A stretch of 64,000 nt of DNA from the human T2T-CHM13v2.0 reference genome, Homo sapiens, in assembly GCF_009914755.1 (NCBI RefSeq), contig NC_060933.1; one strand, 5' to 3'. Below are positions 41,580 through 55,361 of this stretch, in pieces. Under the pieces are notes generated by a model. That model saw nothing but the letters and a program-made list of their open reading frames with translations. It ran no database searches and was not told the origin of the DNA. Position 1 is the first letter of the stretch. The number at the start of each line of letters is the position of its first letter. The translations under genes and the position numbers were made by a program.

Positions 41580-44500
41580 CATTCTCAGAAACTTGTTTGT
41601 GATGTGTGTATTCAACTAACAGAGATGAACCTTTCTTTTTACAGAGCAGTTTTGAAACACTCTTTTTGTGGAATCTGAAAGTGGATATTTGGATAGCTTT
41701 GAGGATTTCGTTGGAAACGGGATTACATATAAAACCTAGAGAGAAGCATTCTCAGGAACTTCTTTGTGATGTTTGCCTTCAAGTCACAGGACTGAACATT
41801 CCCTTTCATAGAGCAGGTTTGAAACACTCCTTCTGTAGTATCTGCAAGCTGACGTTTCAAACGCTTTCAGGCCTATGGTGAGAAAGGAAATATCTTCAAA
41901 TAAAAACTAGACAGAAGCATTCTCAGAAACTTATTTGCGATGTGTGTCCTCAACTAACAGAGTTGAACCTTTCTTTTGATACAACATTTTGGAAACACTC
42001 TTTTTGTAGAATCTGCAAGTGGATATTTGAATAGCTTTGAAGGTTTCGTTGGAAACGGGAATATCTTCATATAAAATCAAGACAGAAGCATTCTCAGAAA
42101 CTTCTCTGTGATGTTTGCATTCAACTCATAGAGTTGAACACTTCCCTTCATACAGCAGGTTTGAAACACTCTTTTTGTAATATTTGGAAGTGGACATTTG
42201 CAGCGCTTTGAGGCCTATGATGAAAAAGGTAATATCTTCCCATAAAAACTAGACAGAAGCATTCTCAGAAACTTGTTTGTGATGTGTGTATTCAACTAAC
42301 AGAGATGAACCTTTCTTTTTACAGAGCAGTTTTGAAACACTCTTTTTGTGGAATCTGAAAGTGGATATTTGGATAGCTTTGCGGATTTCGTTGGAAACGG
42401 GATTACATATAAAACCTAGAGAGAAGCATTCTCAGGAACTTCTTTGCGATGTTTGCATTCAAGTCACAGAACTGAACATTCCCTTTCATAGAGCAGGTTT
42501 GAAACACTCTTTCTGTAGTATCTGCAAGCTGACGTTTCAAGCGCTTTCAGGCCTATGGTGAGAAAGGAAATTTCTGCAAGTAAAAACTAGACAGAAGCAT
42601 TCTCAGAAACTTATTTGCGATCTGTGTTCTCAACTAACAGAGTTGAACCTTTGTTTTGATATGGCATTTTGGAAACACTCTTTTTGTAGAATCTGCAGGT
42701 GGATATTCGGATAGCTTTGAAGGTTTCGTTGGAAACGGGAATATCTTCATATAAAATCTAGACGGAAGCATTCTCAGAAACTGCTTTGTGATGTTTTCAT
42801 TCAAGTCACAGAGTAGAATGTTCCCTGTTATATACCAGGTTTGAGACACTCTTTCTGCACTACCTGGAAGTGGACGTTTGGAGCGCTTTGAGGCCTATGT
42901 TGAAAAAGGAAATATCTTCCCATAAAAACTAGACAGAAGCATTCTCAGAAACTTGTTTTTGATGTGTGTATTCAACTAACAGAGATGAACCTTTCTTTTT
43001 ACAGAGCAGTTTTGAAACACTCTTTTTGTGGAATCTGAAAGTGGATATTTGGATAGCTTTGAGGATTTCGTTGCAAACGGGATTACATATAAAATCTAGA
43101 GAGAAGCATTCTCAGGAACTTCTTTGTGATGTTTGCATTCACGTCACAGAACTGAACATTCCCTTTCATAGAGCATGTTTGAAACACTCTTTCTGTAGTA
43201 TCTGCAAACGGACATTTCAAACGCTTTCAGGCCTATGGTGAGAAAGGAAATATCTTCAAATAAAAACTAGACAGAAGCATTCTCAGAAACTTATTTGCGA
43301 TGTGTGTCCTCAACTATCAGAGTTGAACCTTTCTTTTGATACAACATTTTGGAACCACTCTTTTTGTAGAATCTGCAAGTGGATATTTGAATAGCTTTGA
43401 AGGTTTCGTTGGAAACGGGAATATCTTCATATAAAATCAAGACAGAAGCATTCTCAGAAACTTCTCTGTGATGTTTGCATTCAACTCATAGAGTTGAACA
43501 CTTCCCTTCATACAGCAGGTTTGAAACACTCTTTTTGTAATATTTGGAAGTGGACATTTGCAGCGCTTTGAGGCCTATGATGAAAAAGGAAATATCTTCC
43601 CATAAAAACTAGACAGAAGCATTCTCAGAAACTTGTTTGTGATGTGTGTATTCAACTAACAGAGATGAACCTTTCTTTTTACAGAGCAGTTTTGAAACAC
43701 TCTTTTTGTGGAATCTGAAAGTGGATATTTGGATAGCTTTGCGGATTTCGTTGGAAACGGGATTACATATAAAATCTAGGGAGAAGCATTCTCAGGAACT
43801 TCTTTGTGATGTTTGCATTCAAGTCACAGAACTGAACATTCCCTTTCATAGAGCAGGTTTGAAACACTCTTTCTGTAGTATCTGCAAGCGGACGTTTTAA
43901 GCGCTTTCAGGCCTGTGGTGAGAAAGGAAATATCTTCAAATAAAAACTAGACAGAAGCATTCTCAGAAACTTATTTGCGATGTGTGTCCTCAACTAACAG
44001 AGTTGAACCTTTCTTTTGATACAACATTTTGGAAACACTCTTTTTGTAGAATCTGCAAGTGAATATTTGGATAGCTTTGAAGGTTTCGTTGGAAACGGGA
44101 ATATCTTCATATGAAATCAAGACAGAAGCATTCTCAGAAACTTCTCTGTGATGTTTGCATTCAACTCATAGAGTTGAACACTTCCCTTCATACAGCAGGT
44201 TTGAAACACTCTTTTTCTAATATTTGGAAGTGGACATTTGCAGCGCTTTGAGGCCTATGTTGAAAAAGGAAATATCTTCTCCTAAAAACCAGACAGAAGC
44301 ATTCTCAGAAACTTCCTTGTGATGTGTGTACTCAAGTAACAGAGTTGAACCTTCCTTTTGACAGAGCAGTTTTGAAGCACTCTTTTTGTAGAATCTGCAA
44401 GTGGATATTTTGATACCTTTGAGGATTTCGTTGGACACGGGATATCTTCATATAAAATCTAGACAGAAGCATTCTCAGAAACTTCTTTGTGCTGTATGTC

Positions 44501-44811
44501 CTCAATTAACAGAGTTGAACCTTTGTGTGGATACAGCATTTTGGAAACATTCCTTTAGTAGAATCTGCAAGTTGATATTTAGATAGCTAGGAAGATTTCC
44601 TTGGAAACGGGAATATCTTCATATAAAATCTAGACGGAAGCATTCTCAGAAAGTGCTTTGTGATGTTTGCATTCAAGTCACAGAGTTGAATATTCCCTTT
44701 TATAGAGCAGGTTTGAAACACTCTTTCTGCACTACCTGGAAGTGGACATTTGGAGCGCTTTGAGGCCTATGTTGAAAAAGGAAATATCTTCCCATAAAAA
44801 CTAGACAGAAG
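41580..44811 (+). repeat. 19-mer HOR, 3232 bp (T1/T3 hybrid, T2', T3, T4)
   Basis: 4 tetramers + trimer. Confidence 0.92.
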
Positions 44812-47800
44812 CATTCTCAGAAACTTGTTTGTGATGTGTGTATTCAACTAACAGAGATGAACCTTTCTTTTTACAGAGCAGTTTTGAAACACTCTTTTTG
44901 TGGAATCTGAAAGTGGATATTTGGATAGCTTTGAGGATTTCGTTGGAAACGGGATTACATATAAAACCTAGAGAGAAGCATTCTCAGGAACTTCTTTGTG
45001 ATGTTTGCCTTCAAGTCACAGGACTGAACATTCCCTTTCATAGAGCAGGTTTGAAACACTCCTTCTGTAGTATCTGCAAGCTGACGTTTCAAGCGCTTTC
45101 AGGCCTATGGTGACAAAGGAAATATCTTCAAGTAAAAACTAGACAGAAGCATTCTCAGAAACTTATTTGCCATGTGTGTTCTCAACTAACAGAGTTGAAC
45201 CTTTGTTTTGATACGGCATTTTGGAAACACTCTTTTTGTAGAATCTGCAGGTGGATATTCGGATAGCTTTGAAGGTTTCGTTGGAAACGGGAATATTTTC
45301 ATATAAAATCTAGACGGAAGCATTCTCAGAAACTGCTTTGTGATGTTTGCATTCAAGTCGCAGAGTAGAATGTTCCCTGTTATATACCAGGTTTGAGACA
45401 CTCTTTCTGCACTACCTGGAAGTGGACGTTTGGAGCGCTTTGAGGCCTATGTTGAAAAAGGAAATATCTTCCCATAAAAACTAGACAGAAGCATTCTCAG
45501 AAACTTGTTTGTGATGTGTGTATTCAACTAACAGAGATGAACCTTTCTTTTTACAGAGCAGTTTTGAAACACTCTTTTTGTGGAATCTGAAAGTGGATAT
45601 TTGGATAGCTTTGAGGATTTCGTTGGAAACGGGATTACATATAAAACCTAGAGAGAAGCATTCTCAGGAACTTCTTTGTGATGTTTGCATTCAAGTCACA
45701 GAACTGAACATTCCCTTTCATAGAGCAGGTTTGAAACACTCTTTCTGTAGTATCTGCAAGCTGACGTTTCAAGCGCTTTGAGGCCTATGGTGAGAAAGGA
45801 AATATCTTCAAGTAAAAACTAGACAGAAGCATTCTCAGAAACTTATTTGCGATGTGTGTTCTCAACTAACAGAGTTGAACCTTTGTTTTGATATGGCATT
45901 TTGGAAACACTCTTTTTGTAGAATCTGCAGGTGGATATTCGGATAGCTTTGAAGGTTTCGTTGGAAACGGGAATATCTTCATATAAAATCTAGACGGAAG
46001 CATTCTCAGAAACTGCTTTGTGATGTTTTCATTCAAGTCACAGAGTAGAATGTTCCCTGTTATATACCAGGTTTGAGACACTCTTTCTGCACTACCTGGA
46101 AGTGGACATTTGCAGCGCTTTGAGGCCTATGATGAAAAAGGAAATATCTTCCCATAAAAACTAGACAGAAGCATTCTCAGAAACTTGTTTGTGATGTGTG
46201 TATTCAACTAACAGAGATGAACCTTTCTTTTTACAGAGCAGTTTTGAAACACTCTTTTTGTGGAATCTGAAAGTGGATATTTGGATAGCTTTGAGGATTT
46301 CGTTGGAAACGGGATTACATATAAAATCTAGAGAGAAGCATTCTCAGGAACTTCTTTGTGATGTTTGCATTCACGTCACAGAACTGAACATTCCCTTTCA
46401 TAGAACATGTTTGAAACACTCTTTCTGTAGTATCTGCAAACGGACATTTCAAACGCTTTCAGGCCTATGGTGAGAAAGGAAATATCTTCAAATAAAAACT
46501 AGACAGAAGCATTCTCAGAAACTTATTTGCGATGTGTGTCCTCAACTAACAGAGTTGAACCTTTCTTTTGATACAACATTTTGGAAACACTCTTTTTGTA
46601 GAATCTGCAAGTGGATATTTGAATAGCTTTGAAGGTTTCGTTGGAAACGGGAATATCTTCATATAAAATCAAGACAGAAGCATTCTCAGAAACTTCTCTG
46701 TGATGTTTGCCTTCAACTCATAGAGTTGAACACTTCCCTTCATACAGCAGGTTTGAAACACTCTTTTTGTAATATTTGGAAGTGGACATTTGCAGCGCTT
46801 TGAGGCCTATGATGAAAAAGGTAATATCTTCCCATAAAAACTAGACAGAAGCATTCTCAGAAACTTGTTTGTGATGTGTGTATTCAACTAACAGAGATGA
46901 ACCTTTCTTTTTACAGAGCAGTTTTGAAACACTCTTTTTGTGGAATCTGAAAGTGGATATTTGGATAGCTTTGCGGATTTCGTTGGAAACGGGATTACAT
47001 ATAAAATCTAGGGAGAAGCATTCTCAGGAACTTCTTTGTGATGTTTGCATTCAAGTCACAGAACTGAACATTCCCTTTCATAGAGCAGGTTTGAAACACT
47101 CTTTCTGTAGTATCTGCAAGCGGACGTTTTAAGCGCTTTCAGGCCTGTGGTGAGAAAGGAAATATCTTCAAATAAAAACTAGACAGAAGCATTCTCAGAA
47201 ACTTATTTGCGATGTGTGTCCTCAACTAACAGAGTTGAACCTTTCTTTTGATACAACATTTTGGAAACACTCTTTTTGTAGAATCTGCAAGTGGATATTT
47301 GGATAGCTTTGAAGGTTTCGTTGGAAACGGGAATATCTTCATATGAAATCAAGACAGAAGCATTCTCAGAAACTTCTCTGTGATGTTTGCATTCAATTCA
47401 TAGAGTTGAACACTTCCCTTCATACAGCAGGTTTGAAACACTCTTTTTCTAATATTTGGAAGTGGACATTTGCAGCGCTTTGAGGCCTATGTTGAAAAAG
47501 GAAATATCTTCTCCTAAAAACCAGACAGAAGCATTCTCAGAAACTTCCTTGTGATGTGTGTACTCAAGTAACAGAGTTGAACCTTCCTTTTGACAGAGCA
47601 GTTTTGAAGCACTCTTTTTGTAGAATCTGCAAGTGGATATTTTGATACCATTGAGGATTTCGTTGGACACGGGATATCTTCATATAAAATCTAGACAGAA
47701 GCATTCTCAGAAACTTCTTTGTGCTGTATGTCCTCAATTAACAGAGTTGAACCTTTGTGTGGATACAGCATTTTGGAAACATTCCTTTAGTAGAATCTGC

Positions 47801-48043
47801 AAGTTGATATTTAGATAGCTAGGAAGAGTTCCTTGGAAACGGGAATATCTTCATATAAAATCTAGACGGAAGCATTCTCAGAAAGTGCTTTGTGATGTTT
47901 GCATTCAAGTCACAGAGTTGAATGTTCCCTTTTATAGAGCAGGTTTGAAACACTCTTTCTGCACTACCTGGAAGTGGACATTTGGAGCGCTTTGAGGCCT
48001 ATGTTGAAAAAGGAAATATCTTCCCATAAAAACTAGACAGAAG
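44812..48043 (+). repeat. 19-mer HOR, 3232 bp (T1,T2,T3,T4,trimer)
   Basis: Only copy with each tetramer subtype once and in order. Confidence 0.92.
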
Positions 48044-49915
48044 CATTCTCAGAAACTTGTTTGTGATGTGTGTATTCAACTAACAGAGATGAACCTTTCT
48101 TTTTACAGAGCAGTTTTGAAACACTCTTTTTGTGGAATCTGAAAGTGGATATTTGGATAGCTTTGAGGATTTCGTTGGAAACGGGATTACATATAAAACC
48201 TAGAGAGAAGCATTCTCAGGAACTTCTTTGTGATGTTTGCATTCAAGTCACAGAACTGAACATTCCCTTTCATAGAGCAGGTTTGAAACACTCTTTCTGT
48301 AGTATCTGCAAGCTGACGTTTCAAGCGCTTTCAGGCCTATGGTGAGAAAGGAAATATCTTCAAGTAAAAACTAGACAGAAGCATTCTCAGAAACTTATTT
48401 GCGATGTGTGTTCTCAACTAACAGAGTTGAACCTTTGTTTTGATATGGCATTTTGGAAACACTCTTTTTGTAGAATCTGCAGGTGGATATTCGGATAGCT
48501 TTGAAGGTTTCGTTGGAAACGGGAATATCTTCATATAAAATCTAGACGGAAGCATTCTCAGAAACTGCTTTGTGATGTTTTCATTCAAGTCACAGAGTAG
48601 AATGTTCCCTGTTATATACCAGGTTTGAGACACTCTTTCTGCACTACCTGGAAGTGGACATTTGCAGCGCTTTGAGGCCTATGATGAAAAAGGAAATATC
48701 TTCCCATAAAAACTAGACAGAAGCATTCTCAGAAACTTGTTTGTGATGTGTGTATTCAACTAACAGAGATGAACCTTTCTTTTTACAGAGCAGTTTTGAA
48801 ACACTCTTTTTGTGGAATCTGAAAGTGGATATTTGGATAGCTTTGAGGATTTCGTTGGAAACGGGATTACATATAAAATCTAGAGAGAAGCATTCTCAGG
48901 AACTTCTTTGTGATGTTTGCATTCACGTCACAGAACTGAACATTCCCTTTCATAGAGCATGTTTGAAACACTCTTTCTGTAGTATCTGCAAACGGACATT
49001 TCAAACGCTTTCAGGCCTATGGTGAGAAAGGAAATATCTTCAAATAAAAACTAGACAGAAGCATTCTCAGAAACTTATTTGCGATGTGTGTCCTCAACTA
49101 ACAGAGTTGAACCTTTCTTTTGATACAACATTTTGGAAACACTCTTTTTGTAGAATCTGCAAGTGGATATTTGCATAGCTTTGAAGGTTTCGTTGGAAAC
49201 GGGAATATCTTCATATAAAATCAAGACAGAAGCATTCTCAGAAACTTCTCTGTGATGTTTGCATTCAACTCATAGAGTTGAACACTTCCCTTCATACAGC
49301 AGGTTTGAAACACTCTTTTTCTAATATTTGGAAGTGGACATTTGCAGCGCTTTGAGGCCTATGTTGAAAAAGGAAATATCTTCTCCTAAAAACCAGACAG
49401 AAGCATTCTCAGAAACTTCCTTGTGATGTGTGTACTCAAGTAACAGAGTTGAACCTTCCTTTTGACAGAGCAGTTTTGAAGCACTCTTTTTGTAGAATCT
49501 GCAAGTGGATATTTTGATACCTTTGAGGATTTCGTTGGACACGGGATATCTTCATATAAAATCTAGACAGAAGCATTCTCAGAAACTTCTTTGTGCTGTA
49601 TGTCCTCAATTAACAGAGTTGAACCTTTGTGTGGATACAGCATTTTGGAAACATTCCTTTAGTAGAATCTGCAAGTTGATATTTAGATAGCTAGGAAGAT
49701 TTCCTTGGAAACGGGAATATCTTCATATAAAATCTAGACGGAAGCATTCTCAGAAAGTGCTTTGTGATGTTTGCATTCAAGTCACAGAGTTGAATATTCC
49801 CTTTTATAGAGCAGGTTTGAAACACTCTTTCTGCACTACCTGGAAGTGGACATTTGGAGCGCTTTGAGGCCTATGTTGAAAAATGAAATATCTTCCCATA
49901 AAAACTAGACAGAAG
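48044..49915 (+). repeat. 11-mer HOR, 1872 bp
   Basis: 2 tetramers + trimer. Confidence 0.92.
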
Positions 49916-52638
49916 CATTCTCAGAAACTTGTTTGTGATGTGTGTATTCAACTAACAGAGATGAACCTTTCTTTTTACAGAGCAGTTTTGAAACACTCTT
50001 TTTGTGGAATCTGAAAGTGGATATTTGGATAGCTTTGAGGATTTCGTTGGAAACGGGATTACATATAAAACCTAGAGAGAAGCATTCTCAGGAACTTCTT
50101 TGTGATGTTTGCCTTCAAGTCACAGGACTGAACATTCCCTTTCATAGAGCAGGTTTGAAACACTCTTTCTGTAGTATCTGCAAGCTGACGTTTCAAGCGC
50201 TTTCAGGCCTATGGTGAGAAAGGAAATATCTTCAAGTAAAAACTAGACAGAAGCATTCTCAGAAACTTATTTGCCATGTGTGTTCTCAACTAACAGAGTT
50301 GAACCTTTGTTTTGATACGGCATTTTGGAAACACTCTTTTTGTAGAATCTGCAGGTGGATATTCGGATAGCTTTGAAGGTTTCGTTGGAAACGGGAATAT
50401 CTTCATATAAAACCTTGACGGAAGCATTCTCAGAAACTTCTTTGTGCTGTATGTCCTCAATTAACAGAGTTGAACCTTTGTGTGGATACAGCATTTTGGA
50501 AACATTCCTTTAGTAGAATCTGCAAGTTGATATTTAGATAGCTAGGAAGAGTTCCTTGGAAACGGGAATATCTTCATATAAAATCTAGACGGAAGCATTC
50601 TCAGAAAGTGCTTTGTGATGTTTGCATTCAAGTCACAGAGTTGAATGTTCCCTTTTATAGAGCAGGTTTGAAACACTCTTTCTGCACTACCTGGAAGTGG
50701 ACATTTGGAGCGCTTTGAGGCCTATGTTGAAAAAGGAAATATCTTCCCATAAAAACTAGACAGAAGCATTCTCAGAAACTTGTTTGTGATGTGTGTATTC
50801 AACTAACAGAGATGAACCTTTCTTTTTACAGAGCAGTTTTGAAACACTCTTTTTGTGGAATCTGAAAGTGGATATTTGGATAGCTTTGAGGATTTCGTTG
50901 GAAACGGGATTACATATAAAACCTAGAGAGAAGCATTCTCAGGAACTTCTTTGTGATGTTTGCATTCAAGTCACAGAACTGAACATTCCCTTTCATAGAG
51001 CAGGTTTGAAACACTCTTTCTGTAGTATCTGCAAGCTGACGTTTCAAGCGCTTTCAGGCCTATGGTGAGAAAGGAAATATCTTCAAGTAAAAACTAGACA
51101 GAAGCATTCTCAGAAACTTATTTGCGATGTGTGTTCTCAACTAACAGAGTTGAACCTTTGTTTTGATATGGCATTTTGGAAACACTCTTTTTGTAGAATC
51201 TGCAGGTGGATATTCGGATAGCTTTGAAGGTTTCGTTGGAAACGGGAATATCTTCATATAAAATCTAGACGGAAGCATTCTCAGAAACTGCTTTGTGATG
51301 TTTTCATTCAAGTCACAGAGTAGAATGTTCCCTGTTATATACCAGGTTTGAGACACTCTTTCTGCACTACCTGGAAGTGGACATTTGCAGCGCTTTGAGG
51401 CCTATGATGAAAAAGGAAATATCTTCCCATAAAAACTAGACAGAAGCATTCTCAGAAACTTGTTTGTGATGTGTGTATTCAACTAACAGAGATGAACCTT
51501 TCTTTTTACAGAGCAGTTTTGAAACACTCTTTTTGTGGAATCTGAAAGTGGATATTTGGATAGCTTTGAGGATTTCGTTGGAAACGGGATTACATATAAA
51601 ATCTAGAGAGAAGCATTCTCAGGAACTTCTTTGTGATGTTTGCATTCACGTCACAGAACTGAACATTCCCTTTCATAGAGCATGTTTGAAACACTCTTTC
51701 TGTAGTATCTGCAAACGGACATTTCAAACGCTTTCAGGCCTATGGTGAGAAAGGAAATATCTTCAAATAAAAACTAGACAGAAGCATTCTCAGAAACTTA
51801 TTTGCGATGTGTGTCCTCAACTAACAGAGTTGAACCTTTCTTTTGATACAACATTTTGGAAACACTCTTTTTGTAGAATCTGCAAGTGGATATTTGCATA
51901 GCTTTGAAGGTTTCGTTGGAAACGGGAATATCTTCATATAAAATCAAGACAGAAGCATTCTCAGAAACTTCTCTGTGATGTTTGCATTCAACTCATAGAG
52001 TTGAACACTTCCCTTCATACAGCAGGTTTGAAACACTCTTTTTGTAATATTTGGAAGTGGACATTTGCAGCGCTTTGAGGCCTATGTTGAAAAAGGAAAT
52101 ATCTTCTCCTAAAAACCAGACAGAAGCATTCTCAGAAACTTCCTTGTGATGTGTGTACTCAAGTAACAGAGTTGAACCTTCCTTTTGACAGAGCAGTTTT
52201 GAAGCACTCTTTTTGTAGAATCTGCAAGTGGATATTTTGATACCTTTGAGGATTTCGTTGGACACGGGATATCTTCATATAAAATCTAGACAGAAGCATT
52301 CTCAGAAACTTCTTTGTGCTGTATGTCCTCAATTAACAGAGTTGAACCTTTGTGTGGATACAGCATTTTGGAAACATTCCTTTAGTAGAATCTGCAAGTT
52401 GATATTTAGATAGCTAGGAAGATTTCCTTGGAAACGGGAATATCTTCATATAAAATCTAGACGGAAGCATTCTCAGAAAGTGCTTTGTGATGTTTGCATT
52501 CAAGTCACAGAGTTGAATATTCCCTTTTATAGAGCAGGTTTGAAACACTCTTTCTGCACTACCTGGAAGTGGACATTTGGAGCGCTTTGAGGCCTATGTT
52601 GAAAAACGAAATATCTTCCCATAAAAACTAGACAGAAG
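49916..52638 (+). repeat. 16-mer (pentamer + T2,T3,trimer), 2723 bp
   Basis: Pentamer at 49916-50766. Confidence 0.9.
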
Positions 52639-55361
52639 CATTCTCAGAAACTTGTTTGTGATGTGTGTATTCAACTAACAGAGATGAACCTTTCTTTTTA
52701 CAGAGCAGTTTTGAAACACTCTTTTTGTGGAATCTGAAAGTGGATATTTGGATAGCTTTGAGGATTTCGTTGGAAACGGGATTACATATAAAACCTAGAG
52801 AGAAGCATTCTCAGGAACTTCTTTGTGATGTTTGCCTTCAAGTCACAGGACTGAACATTCCCTTTCATAGAGCAGGTTTGAAACACTCTTTCTGTAGTAT
52901 CTGCAAGCTGACGTTTCAAGCGCTTTCAGGCCTATGGTGAGAAAGGAAATATCTTCAAGTAAAAACTAGACAGAAGCATTCTCAGAAACTTATTTGCCAT
53001 GTGTGTTCTCAACTAACAGAGTTGAACCTTTGTTTTGATATGGCATTTTGGAAAAACTCTTTTTGTAGAATCTGCAGGTGGATATTCGGATAGCTTTGAA
53101 GGTTTCGTTGGAAACGGGAATATCTTCATATAAAACCTTGACGGAAGCATTCTCAGAAACTTCTTTGTGCTGTATGTCCTCAATTAACAGAGTTGAACCT
53201 TTGTGTGGATACAGCATTTTGGAAACATTCCTTTAGTAGAATCTGCAAGTTGATATTTAGATAGCTAGGAAGAGTTCCTTGGAAACGGGAATATCTTCAT
53301 ATAAAATCTAGACGGAAGCATTCTCAGAAAGTGCTTTGTGATGTTTGCATTCAAGTCACAGAGTTGAATGTTCCCTTTTATAGAGCAGGTTTGAAACACT
53401 CTTTCTGCACTACCTGGAAGTGGACATTTGGAGCGCTTTGAGGCCTATGTTGAAAAAGGAAATATCTTCCCATAAAAACTAGACAGAAGCATTCTCAGAA
53501 ACTTGTTTGTGATGTGTGTATTCAACTAACAGAGATGAACCTTTCTTTTTACAGAGCAGTTTTGAAACACTCTTTTTGTGGAATCTGAAAGTGGATATTT
53601 GGATAGCTTTGAGGATTTCGTTGGAAACTGGATTACATATAAAACCTAGAGAGAAGCATTCTCAGGAACTTCTTTGTGATGTTTGCATTCAAGTCACAGA
53701 ACTGAACATTCCCTTTCATAGAGCAGGTTTGAAACACTCTTTCTGTAGTATCTGCAAGCTGACGTTTCAAGCGCTTTCAGGCCTATGGTGAGAAAGGAAA
53801 TATCTTCAAGTAAAAACTAGACAGAAGCATTCTCAGAAACTTATTTGCGATGTGTGTTCTCAACTAACAGAGTTGAACCTTTGTTTTGATATGGCATTTT
53901 GGAAACACTCTTTTTGTAGAATCTGCAGGTGGATATTCGGATAGCTTTGAAGGTTTCGTTGGAAACGGGAATATCTTCATATAAAATCTAGACGGAAGCA
54001 TTCTCAGAAACTGCTTTGTGATGTTTTCATTCAAGTCACAGAGTAGAATGTTCCCTGTTATATACCAGGTTTGAGACACTCTTTCTGCACTACCTGGAAG
54101 TGGACATTTGCAGCGCTTTGAGGCCTATGATGAAAAAGGAAATATCTTCCCATAAAAACTAGACAGAAGCATTCTCAGAAACTTGTTTGTGATGTGTGTA
54201 TTCAACTAACAGAGATGAACCTTTCTTTTTACAGAGCAGTTTTGAAACACTCTTTTTGTGGAATCTGAAAGTGGATATTTGGATAGCTTTGAGGATTTCG
54301 TTGGAAACGGGATTACATATAAAATCTAGAGAGAAGCATTCTCAGGAACTTCTTTGTGATGTTTGCATTCACGTCACAGAACTGAACATTCCCTTTCATA
54401 GAGCATGTTTGAAACACTCTTTCTGTAGTATCTGCAAACGGACATTTCAAACGCTTTCAGGCCTATGGTGAGAAAGGAAATATCTTCAAATAAAAACTAG
54501 ACAGAAGCATTCTCAGAAACTTATTTGCGATGTGTGTCCTCAACTAACAGAGTTGAACCTTTCTTTTGATACAACATTTTGGAAACACTCTTTTTGTAGA
54601 ATCTGCAAGTGGATATTTGCATAGCTTTGAAGGTTTCGTTGGAAACGGGAATATCTTCATATAAAATCAAGACAGAAGCATTCTCAGAAACTTCTCTGTG
54701 ATGTTTGCATTCAACTCATAGAGTTGAACACTTCCCTTCATACAGCAGGTTTGAAACACTCTTTTTGTAATATTTGGAAGTGGACATTTGCAGCGCTTTG
54801 AGGCCTATGTTGAAAAAGGAAATATCTTCTCCTAAAAACCAGACAGAAGCATTCTCAGAAACTTCCTTGTGATGTGTGTACTCAAGTAACAGAGTTGAAC
54901 CTTCCTTTTGACAGAGCAGTTTTGAAGCACTCTTTTTGTAGAATCTGCAAGTGGATATTTTGATACCTTTGAGGATTTCGTTGGACACGGGATATCTTCA
55001 TATAAAATCTAGACAGAAGCATTCTCAGAAACTTCTTTGTGCTGTATGTCCTCAATTAACAGAGTTGAACCTTTGTGTGGATACAGCATTTTGGAAACAT
55101 TCCTTTAGTAGAATCTGCAAGTTGATATTTAGATAGCTAGGAAGATTTCCTTGGAAACGGGAATATCTTCATATAAAATCTAGACGGAAGCATTCTCAGA
55201 AAGTGCTTTGTGATGTTTGCATTCAAGTCACAGAGTTGAATATTCCCTTTTATAGAGCAGGTTTGAAACACTCTTTCTGCACTACCTGGAAGTGGACATT
55301 TGGAGCGCTTTGAGGCCTATGTTGAAAAACGAAATATCTTCCCATAAAAACTAGACAGAAG
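52639..55361 (+). repeat. 16-mer (pentamer + T2,T3,trimer), 2723 bp
   Basis: Pentamer at 52639-53489. Confidence 0.9.
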
